DNA of 64,000 bases from a virus (taxonomy: Duplodnaviria > Caudoviricetes), in IMG/VR virus record IMGVR_UViG_3300030376_003877, positions 1 to 64,000 of that record. One strand, 5' to 3'. Numbering within the stretch: position 1 is the first letter of the stretch; each line of letters begins with the position of its first letter. The notes under the pieces are model-generated. The model did not search any database and was not told where the DNA came from. It saw only the letters and a list, made by a program, of their open reading frames with translations. The position numbers and the translations under genes were made by a program. Of this stretch, positions 44,902 to 54,900 are shown one piece after another.

Positions 44902-47448
44902 CTAAGGCATTCCAAAAGGATTAGTCTCACTAAAATCAATAACCAGACTTGCTTCTCTTTGAATATTATCATTATCTGCGAATGGAGTAACCTCGTCGTA
45001 AATACCTACCGTTCTAATAACACCAACCGCAGAAGACTCTGAACCAGTGATCGTTTCTCCTGCCTTGAAGTCACCACTGACTATTGAAATCTCAAGAGTA
45101 TTGGCAACTGCATCATACTCCTTAACTCTGGCTGTAGTGCCACTAGTTCCACCTGTAACGATTTCATTGTATACAAATGATCCACTTGATGTAACTGTTC
45201 CAGCAACTGGTTTTGATAATGTAACATCTGGTGCAATAACATATTTTGCTCCACCATTTGAGATATAGATGGAAGTAACAAATCCTGCAGAACTGATTGT
45301 GGCAATACCTGTTGCCCTTACTACCCCATTCACTTCTGTATAATAGTTTTTCTCTGAAGTATCATTTGAAATTGTAACAACAGGAGGAGAAGTATATCCA
45401 CCTCCACCAAATGTTACAGTTATGCCTGTTACTATTCCACAATTTTGTATGCCTACTTCGATATTTTGAGTTGTTGTAGTAAGACCAACAGTGGTGTTAT
45501 TCATAACAAGAATTGAAGATCCAATACTCGTCACAAAAGTATCTTTTGGTATGATATAAACTCTTTCATATGGACTATCATATCCAGTCTGTAATCTTAC
45601 ACGGTCTCCAACTACCATATTAGTGGTATTGATTCCTGTAATAACTGTTGAACCTATACCTATTGTTCCAGAAGTTATAATAGAATCAAATCTTATTGTA
45701 GAAATACCTGTAGCAATAAATTGAGTTCCTATACCACCAGGACCAGCAACTGCCACATCTGGAGTAGAAACATATCCAAATCCACTATTACCAATAGATA
45801 TAGCACTAATAGTGCCAGCAATAGAAACAGTAGCAGTTGCTGTTGCCCTAATCGGTTGAGGATTTGAAAAACTAATCGTTGGTTGTACTGTATATCCTGC
45901 CCCAATAGTTGCTCCAGTTCCGACACACCATAATTTAGTCTCTGTATTGAACCCAACTGCCGTAACAATCCCTAAGATTGGATGAATAGTAGCAATACCA
46001 ACTGCTACTTGAGACGGGGTTGCAGTTCCTGTTCCAAGTCCAATTGAAACTGTTGGTGCTGTTGAATATGCTCGACCTGTTGTAGTGAATGCAACAGAAG
46101 TTTCATCAATACTAGATCCATCAATTCCTCCACCATTATCAATGGTAGCAACTGCTGGACTTGTACCTGGATGAGCAATAACAATCTCCGGTGCGCTTGT
46201 GTAGAACTTGCCTTCTGTGGTTATAGCAACTTTTTTAACCGTACCACCTGCTAATGCGATTGGATCCATAATAGCAGAAGCAAGTCCAGCATTGCCGCCT
46301 CCTGTTGGAGCACCAAAAGTCACCGTAGGTGCCTGTTTATAATAAACACCTCCCGTAGTTCCATATGGGAACAGATATGCAGATGCACCAATACTAATAG
46401 GTGCCTTTAATACACTAACTCCTGCTCCCACTTCTGATGCAGTATCAAGAATAGCAGTTGCTGCGGCACCAACATGTTTTGGAGTTGATATTCCAACAGT
46501 TGGTGCTGTAATATATCCTCCTCCGCTATTTGATATTGATACTGTTTGTACAGAACCTGTTGGAACAAGAATACTAGTAGCAGCAGCTCCAGCACCAGAA
46601 AGACCTCCTCCGTGGAATGTAATAATAGGTGCTACAGTATATCCACATCCAGCATTTGTTAGATTTACTGAAACTATTTTTCCTGATGTTCCATCGCACC
46701 CAACATACTCATAAGTAAGTGACGCTACACCAACTGCTGTTGTTCCTCCTGGTGCAGAAGAGAAAGCAACTCTGGGTGGTTCTGTATATCCCCTGCCCAT
46801 GTTTGTAACTACAACAGATCCAACAGAACCAGTTATACACAAACTTGAAGTTGCAGTTGCTTGTGTGCTGACTCCCACAGCAATAAGTCTAAGAGTCTTG
46901 ATATGTCCAATCTGTTCAATTTCTTCATCAATATCATCGATTCCAGTATCAATGACTTCATCTTCATATCTAAAGAGTTCACATCTTAATGTGTAAACAT
47001 AGTTCTTTTGTAGTTGATAGAAAGGTTGTTCGTGTTCTACATATTTGATTTCAAATAATCTCTCTCCCAGTGGAAAATAAATCAAATCCCCTTCTTTTGG
47101 TCTAGTTGCTAGTTCAATATTGGGAAGATTCTTAATCAACGGAGTAATGTACTCCTCAAATCTCTCTCTAGACACAACTAGAGTTAGATCATCTTTTTCT
47201 TGAATACCAAACCGTGATAGTATGGTTCCTTCTCCACCATAACCATCATAGTTATCTACATATGCCTCAATAGGATATGCATTATCAAACTCAGATTGTA
47301 TGACTTCTTTGATTACAGTAAACTTTGTAAGGTATTTACGAGGCATATAATACACCTCAATACCATACATTTTTAACTGTTCATTGACGAGACTTTGGAT
47401 TAATCCCTGTTCTCCTTTAGTTCCGTTTTGAAAAAATGGATTAAGCAT
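44902..47448 (-). CDS. gp14: Neck protein gp14 with a large repeat insertion
   Basis: N-terminal LNPFF, RPKEGDLIYFP, FEIKYVEHEQPFYQL; C-terminal DFSETNPFG; about ten GxGYxxxPxV repeats in between. Confidence 0.9.
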   Translation of the reverse strand: MLNPFFQNGTKGEQGLIQSLVNEQLKMYGIEVYYMPRKYLTKFTVIKEVIQSEFDNAYPIEAYVDNYDGYGGEGTILSRFGIQEKDDLTLVVSRERFEEYITPLIKNLPNIELATRPKEGDLIYFPLGERLFEIKYVEHEQPFYQLQKNYVYTLRCELFRYEDEVIDTGIDDIDEEIEQIGHIKTLRLIAVGVSTQATATSSLCITGSVGSVVVTNMGRGYTEPPRVAFSSAPGGTTAVGVASLTYEYVGCDGTSGKIVSVNLTNAGCGYTVAPIITFHGGGLSGAGAAATSILVPTGSVQTVSISNSGGGYITAPTVGISTPKHVGAAATAILDTASEVGAGVSVLKAPISIGASAYLFPYGTTGGVYYKQAPTVTFGAPTGGGNAGLASAIMDPIALAGGTVKKVAITTEGKFYTSAPEIVIAHPGTSPAVATIDNGGGIDGSSIDETSVAFTTTGRAYSTAPTVSIGLGTGTATPSQVAVGIATIHPILGIVTAVGFNTETKLWCVGTGATIGAGYTVQPTISFSNPQPIRATATATVSIAGTISAISIGNSGFGYVSTPDVAVAGPGGIGTQFIATGISTIRFDSIITSGTIGIGSTVITGINTTNMVVGDRVRLQTGYDSPYERVYIIPKDTFVTSIGSSILVMNNTTVGLTTTTQNIEVGIQNCGIVTGITVTFGGGGYTSPPVVTISNDTSEKNYYTEVNGVVRATGIATISSAGFVTSIYISNGGAKYVIAPDVTLSKPVAGTVTSSGSFVYNEIVTGGTSGTTARVKEYDAVANTLEISIVSGDFKAGETITGSESSAVGVIRTVGIYDEVTPFADNDNIQREASLVIDFSETNPFGMP

Positions 47449-47452
47449 AGCA

Positions 47453-48325
47453 TCAACCGATCATATCTAGAGGTGGAAGTTCATAAGTGCTTAACATTTT
47501 TTGCTTTATTTCATCGATTTCTCTTTGTCCATCATCAAATATTTGTCTACCATTGAACTCAATGCCTCCGGGGAGTTTTACACCCTGGAACTTCATCAGA
47601 TTTTGACCCCATTGTCTTTTGATAAGAGATGTTAGATATGGTTTAATAAACGAATCATTCCATACTCTTGAATAGTCATTACCATCCAATACTGACCAAC
47701 AATCTAGAACTAAAAACTCTCCTGCCTTTAATTGCTCCCAATCTACATCAAGATACATTCTATCTTGTCTTTGATTGAATCTAATTTGCTTATGCGTATT
47801 AAGTAGAAAGTTTATTGTTTCCAGATAATCCATAGTCATTGAATATGAGGTAAGATCATATCCAGTTGCACCCGATCCTTGAAGACCTGCCATATCACTT
47901 AACATCAACTGATATTTAATGTTAAACATACCAGAGGACAATCCATCACTGTATTGAAATACTTTGTTAATCCCAATAATCGATGGAGGAATCGCTATAT
48001 AGTTACTATTTTCATAATATGTAAATGTAGTATTAGTTCCAGCAATATCTGCAGTTGCTGCAATATTAGTTATTCCTGATGTTCCACCATCACCAGAAGG
48101 TGCTCCTGGAGGTCTGGCCTTTCCTCTATTAACATCCTCATCAGTTACTTGATACTTTAAATATGTCTGACTTACACCATCGAAATGTCTTTCTTGAAAA
48201 AACTGAACAGCATCATCAACTAAATCTTGCAGTTGTTCCTCAGCAACATTGATCTCAACAACTGGAGCACCCAGTTGCCTTAAACAATAATCAATTAATT
48301 CTTGCCTAGTAGACGGTTTTGCCAT
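47453..48325 (-). CDS. gp13: Neck protein gp13
   Basis: LIDYCLRQLGAPVVEINV, QWGQNLMKF.GVKLPGG, PPLDMIG; CTAAATA at 48351-48357. Confidence 0.96.
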   Translation of the reverse strand: MAKPSTRQELIDYCLRQLGAPVVEINVAEEQLQDLVDDAVQFFQERHFDGVSQTYLKYQVTDEDVNRGKARPPGAPSGDGGTSGITNIAATADIAGTNTTFTYYENSNYIAIPPSIIGINKVFQYSDGLSSGMFNIKYQLMLSDMAGLQGSGATGYDLTSYSMTMDYLETINFLLNTHKQIRFNQRQDRMYLDVDWEQLKAGEFLVLDCWSVLDGNDYSRVWNDSFIKPYLTSLIKRQWGQNLMKFQGVKLPGGIEFNGRQIFDDGQREIDEIKQKMLSTYELPPLDMIG

Positions 48326-48357
48326 TATTATAAGACAGTTCTTTTTTTATTATTTAG

Positions 48358-48744
48358 TTAGGTATTAGTAGATATTCCTGTAAAAACACTAATATTACCT
48401 CTTGCAAGACTATAAAGACTACTTCCAACCCCCATTATAATGTCATATTCATATCTACCACTTTTAATGGGAATAGTGGTTTCTTTGGAAAGTGTTATCT
48501 TAAACTCACCTTTAGTTGCATCTGTTATAGTTTCAGTAAAACTAGCAGTTGGGACACCAGATGAACCGATTGAAACGGTTTTAGTCATTTGAGAATACAT
48601 TGTATGACTAGTCAAATTGTAGTTTGACCTATCATTATTCAAAATCTTAAATGTCTCTTCAAAGTCAACACCAGTATACATTGTAAGATTAACTCCATAA
48701 GGAGTTCTTACTGAAGGATCAAATGTAATTGTATTATTTGCCAT
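48358..48744 (-). CDS. Hypothetical virion protein (BppU N-terminal-like)
   Basis: G.DF...F...NLT...GEFKITLS..T..IKSGRYEYDI pattern. Confidence 0.7.
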   Translation of the reverse strand: MANNTITFDPSVRTPYGVNLTMYTGVDFEETFKILNNDRSNYNLTSHTMYSQMTKTVSIGSSGVPTASFTETITDATKGEFKITLSKETTIPIKSGRYEYDIIMGVGSSLYSLARGNISVFTGISTNT

Positions 48745-48958
48745 TTGCTATTACTTGGAGGAGAGTTTTGATATCACTAAGATCATTTTGTAGATTGTCC
48801 ACTTTTTGTTCAAGATTATCAACTCTCTCCTTTTCAGAAGAGAGTCTATTTCTTGCATTTATATAGTTTTCATAATCAGTTTTGTTTCGATTCACGATAG
48901 CACCAGTAGTGTTATCTCTAAAAAATCCATCCTTTCCTTCAATTGGTACTAATGCCAT
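48734..48958 (-). CDS. Small coiled-coil hypothetical protein
   Basis: 74 aa; RDNTTGAIVN followed by heptads; directly follows the VrlC-like gene. Confidence 0.75.
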   Translation of the reverse strand: MALVPIEGKDGFFRDNTTGAIVNRNKTDYENYINARNRLSSEKERVDNLEQKVDNLQNDLSDIKTLLQVIANGK

Positions 48959-48959
48959 A

Positions 48960-51900
48960 TCAAACTACCGCGACACATCTAAGATTTCTAAACTGAGGAA
49001 CAATTGCCTGATTAGTAGATGTTCCTACTACTTTAATCCTAAACATATTAAAAGGAGTTAAGTTATCAATGGTGAACCTATATTCTTTAAAGTAGTTCAA
49101 TGATGGATACTGACTGTAAACGTCCGATGGTGGGACATATACATCTGGTCTACCATCAGCATTGAATGGTTGAATGACAGTTCCAAATTCACTCTGATTG
49201 CCGATACCGGGGAAAGGAGTAAATATACATTCTGTAGCAGGAAGATCTTGATCCAAAGCATAGAACATTCGGATATCGTTAAATGTTGAAACATATCCAT
49301 CAATGAATATTCTCAAGGACGATGCTGGATTTTCCAAAATAATATTTCTAGTCACATACATCAAACTAGTTGGGTCGCCTAAGATTCCCTTTGCTTTGCT
49401 ATCTGTAGCATAGTTTGTGATAGGTTGATTTGCCCTATTAGAAACAAATACAACAGCAGCATGATCAAGATCAATAGCAGGAGATAATCTATTATCAACA
49501 GTCAACATATTAGCATTCAAAGTCATTGACTTATTATATGGGAGACCGTTGAGATAACTTCTCTCATTGGTTGAAGAAACAACCATTCTTTGATTATCGA
49601 AGTAGTTCTTTTCATTAAGAGAAACTTCCTGATATCCCTTATCCAAGAAGGAGATTTCAGTTCCACTAACAGATGTTTCACTAACAGTTCTCATTTGAGA
49701 ACTAATAGAAGTTCCATTAGGCGAAATCGTTCTTAGTTTGGGGATAACGATTGAATATGGAAGATTGTAAGTTCCTTTAACCTTAGTTCCACCGCCAGTT
49801 TTGCTGGTAACAAAATAACGAGAACCTAAAGTGGGAGAAGTAGAACTTCTATCAGTTCCATCAACGGCCATATTAATCTTGATAGTATAGTGATCAAGTC
49901 CAATAGCATCACTGGCAGTTGTATCTGCAAATTGATGCTCTTTATTGATTCTTCTCAAAGAAACTCCACCAAATTCATATCTATAAACTAGTTCATTTAT
50001 ATTATGAGTAGCAGCAATAGTATTATCAACTGATCTACTTGAGATTCCTACCAAAGAGTTGCCAGAAGTTCCAGTATACGAAATAATCTCACTACCAATC
50101 TTTACATATCCAGGATTGTTAACACTAACAGGAAGACCTTCAAAAACGGCTAAGTTGACCGTAGATCCAACAGAAATGGCACCTGTATCTGCTTTAGTAT
50201 ATTGAGCAGAAAGTGCTGTTGGAGCAATATCAGAACCAACTTCCTTGAGAAGAACTCTATTTGTGTTTGAATACATTCCATGATTTCTTTGGAATACTTT
50301 CAAATGAAGTCCATCGTTTCTAACAGTAACTGGTGCGTCAGGAACCAAACTTCCACCTACACCTACATTCACATCTGAAGTGATTCCTGCAGATGTAGTG
50401 TATTGTAAGTAGTTATTTGCAGTAAACTTAACTTCTCCCTGTACTTTGCTCAGTTCAAATTCATTAAATCCAAGCAATTCAGTAACAGACAACTTCATGT
50501 CTTTACCTGGTAAGAACGCATCACTACCGGTAGTTAATGGTGACAACACATCGCCAACATTGTATCCACTACCGCCTACATTGATAGTTGCAGCAATAGC
50601 AACTCCATTATTGATAGTAATGTTAGCAGTTGCGTTTACACCTTGACCAGTAAATGCTGTTAAAGCAACTCCAGTGTGGGTAAACTGTGATGCTGCAGGT
50701 GTATAACCTATTCCTGGATTGGAAAGTCCAAGATTTCCAGTTGATGAACCAGCAAGACCAACCAATACTCCCCTAAAGTTTGATGAAGTTTGAGTGATTA
50801 TATCTCCAATAGATAGTTCTCTTCCGGCAACAACCCCTGTATTATTAACAGTTGTTCCGATTCCAACGCTAATTGTTCTAGGAGTAACCGAAATTCCATT
50901 CCTAGTGATTTTTTCAAGTTGCTGAGGAAGTTCTGGATTAAAGAACTGAACAACGCCTTGAGATACGAACTGGCAGCGATACATGACAAACTTGAGGTCT
51001 TCGTATTGACTTGGTGTCCATACTGAAGCATTCTGAGATTTAAACAAAGAACCCAGAAGAGGTTGCTGAGTGACAAGAATCTGTCCTGCTTCTTGAGAAG
51101 CAGTTGTAATATCTGCTTCACCAAATCGTGAAATCCATACGTTGTAATCAGTAACATCTGCCTTAACAACAATCGCATACTCTGTGTTACTGTTCAAATA
51201 TACTGGAGAGTTAAAAGTAAATGTAGTTGGTACAGAACCATCTTCAGATATCTCAACAAATTTTGGATCTAGAGTTACTTCAGAGAATGGGAGAACAATA
51301 TTGGTTGGAGTACCAAGTCTAGTTTCACGAATCTGAATAGTTACAGGGAAATCTGTTGCCTTAGATTGGAAGAATAGATCAATCTTGGAAAGATATATGC
51401 CAGTAAGATCATCAACAAAGAATGTTTGAGCAAGAGGATCTCCACGACGTGGTGGATTGGGTGGACGTGGTGGTGCTGGTGGTGGAGGTGGAGGTGGTAT
51501 TCTAACAACGTTAATATCTTGTATAATATTAACTTCTGTAGACTCACCAACTAGTTGTCTTGTTTCGGGTTGAATGTCATCATTAGTTGCAACTCTAGCA
51601 TTTCTCAACGAAAGCGTTACTTCTTGAGTATTATCAATGTCTCCTTGAGAATAGAATATTTCTTGGGCACTAGTAGAAAGTGATCCTTTGACTCTACTGT
51701 TAATTGAACTACTTGTCAGTCTAAACTCTGTTCTTCCAGTATCAAAGGTTGGATTAGAGACGCTAGATGGGTCAGGAACACGGTAAGAACCAATCAAAGT
51801 TCCAACTCGGTCTGTGATAAGTCTAACAGAGGTTACAGTCGCTTCTGCACCACTTGTACGTCCTCTTAATACCATTCCTGATTGAATGTATCCAAAGAAC

Positions 51901-54900
51901 TGTGAGAACTCTTCCGACTGAAGAGTGTCAGTATCTACATTTATGATAGTAGATGCTCCAGTGTACGCAGTTGGCAAACTATTTGCTCTGGTATATGGAT
52001 TACTATCATAAATGTCAGAAGGTTCAGTAATACTTCCATACTTATGATTTGCAGCTGCTGCTCTGAAGACAATTTCAGGCAAAGAAGAACTACTTATTTG
52101 TTGAGTAGTAACACTACCGGGCATTGCACCTTCAATAGTTTCTCCTACAGTAAAAGTACCAGAAGTCATTGTAACTTCTATGAGTTTAGGAACTGTAAAC
52201 TTACTGATTGATACGCCATCAAAATAAGAATATACTTGCGTAAATGGTTTCATTGCCTTAGCAGTGAACTTAATATTACGAGACCTCATTGTGTGAGTGA
52301 TCTCTCTGTTTACAACTCTATCACCAAGACTTTCAGTATTGATTACCTCTTGAATAGACTGTTGTGAACCAGTTCTTGTTTGTTCAAGTGTGACAGAACC
52401 ATTAATAACTGTACTTTGAACTGTAGTTCTTCCAGTATCAATTCTTCCAGCACCAATTCCTTGTCCTGCAAGGATTGCACCAGCACTAGTCCCATTTCTT
52501 TGAGCAGATTGGGCGAGTGACTCATTTCTATTTGTTGCGCTTAGATCAAGTTGAGCACCAACAGTTTCCCAAGAGTCCCAAACGATAGGAGCAACACCAA
52601 TTCTTGAACCATCTTCAGCAGTTTCAACTTCTGCACCAATCACATCAGCAAGTCCTTGGAAAGATCCTTCCATAAGAACATCACGTATCTGCATTGTGTT
52701 GGTGTCAATCCAAACATCAACAGATGGTTCTAAATCAATACTACCTTGATAGAAGTTAATCAAGAATGGAGTAACATTTTCAAGTCTTGTAGCAAATGGT
52801 TGTTCTAACCAGATATTATTAGCATAATCAAGAGTAACAATATTTCCTGTTCTTCGTACTCCAGCACCTAATAAAGTATTACCAATTCCAACTTGAAGAT
52901 TTACAGCATTAGAATAATGAGGAGGTCTGAGAATCTTTCTCTTTGTATCAATAGAGTTTTTGATTCCAATACTAAGATCTTGTGGAAGTGTAGAACTGAA
53001 GTTATCTACAAAAATACCGGACTTAAATCTATTAAGTCCATTAATATCTGGGACAAATGTATTCAGAGTTGATTGCTCAAGCAAATTCAATGAACTATAA
53101 TATTCAAGATTTTTAACTCTTTGTTCAATTTTTGAAATATCAACCATTTGATATCTCTTATGGTCAATAAATGTTACTTTTGCGTCATCTGTATTATAAA
53201 GATATGGAGGAAGGAATACATTACCAATATTCATTCCATCTGTTACAGACAAAGGAAGTTGAGGAATATCATCTGGAGCACCATTCTTGACTGAGAATGA
53301 ACCATTCTTATCAACATAAATTCTATCTGCTCTAGCAAGATAATAGTTATAACCTAAAGTAATAGACTCATCCGATGCAATAACATTTTTTGAACTATGC
53401 TGACCACCATTAAAGTTTCTACCAAAGAATTCAAGTGGTGATCTTGATCCAGGTGTTACATTGTAGTCGGAAACTCTAGGTCTTCCATCAATAATATCTG
53501 TAACTCTGCTGTTTCCAACGGATGAAATTTCAGTAGAGTAATCAAAAGACCCATAAGAATCAACAGTGGTAATGTCTCCAACATCAGAACTAGCATAATA
53601 GGCATTTGAGAAATAAACTCTCAACTTAGAAGCAGCTTCAGGAACATTTTCTTTTCTTATGATTCTTGAGAAGTCATAAAATGATGATCTTTGACCCCTA
53701 GCAAGATAATAATCTCTAGTTACATTTTGAGATCCAAGTTCAATATTTGAAGAATTGCCCGAAACAGTTGACTGTGAAAATAAAAGTGGTTCTCCAACTT
53801 CAAATACTATATCATTTAAGTAAACAAAACTAATATCAGTATCGTTTTTTCTTTTAATGTACCTTGCTTTAGCGCCTGAAGTTCCTCCAGAGAATGTTTC
53901 ACCAAGAATCAAGTCATTTGTGGTCGCTGAAGGACCATTCATATTAGCAACAGCAAGACTAGGTGCTTCTGGATCTTCTGTTGTTCCTGATTGGAATATA
54001 CCGTATACATCAATTACATCAGGTACATTTAACGAAATAATATTATCTTGAACTCGTGTTCCAAAAGGATAATTGCCATAAGTCAATCCATCTTGTAAAG
54101 TAGCAGTTCCAACTCCAGAAGCACTATTTTTTGATTTATCGATAATAATATTATTAGTTGTATTCTTTAACTTTTTCTTAGATGTAATATTAGATTTACG
54201 AGTGGATGTAATAAGAGTCGCATCAGGATCGGCACTACTTAGACCTTGTAACTGAAGTTGAGTGTTCCCCTGAGAGAATACAAATTTATCAGCAGTGAGG
54301 ACTTCAGTTCCGCCATCTGACCTCAAAAGTGAATATCTTTCTTCATCAAATGCTAAAAATACCTCTTTAGAAGGATCATTTACAGAAAATACTTGAGAAA
54401 GTCCATTAGCATCAATATTGATTGATGTATTGTTTCTAATTACAATACTACTTCCACTCAAGTCTACTGATTCAATATTTTCTTTAGGTAACACACTATA
54501 GATTGAATCATTGCTTGAGAGATTTCCAGTTCCTTGAGAACTTTGCAATCTAGAAGCAATTACCGAAACATTAGTGAGATTTGTAGAAGATTCTGGGGGA
54601 GATCCTTCACAAATGCCAGTTACAGTGGTTACACCAGTAACAGTAACAGTTTTTCCATTAACGCCAGTTACTCTTACAATAGTTGGATCAACATTATCTG
54701 CAATAGTATATTTGATCAAATTGCCTGAGGTAACAACCCCAATAAAACCACCAGAAGCAAGTTCAGGAGCAGATAATGTAGAAATACCGGTATTATCTCT
54801 TGCAGAAATAGATGCAATACCTATTGAAATTGTATCTTTTTGAACTGTATCTGCATTAAATGTATTTGCTGTCCCAACAATACTATAAACTGACTTTACA

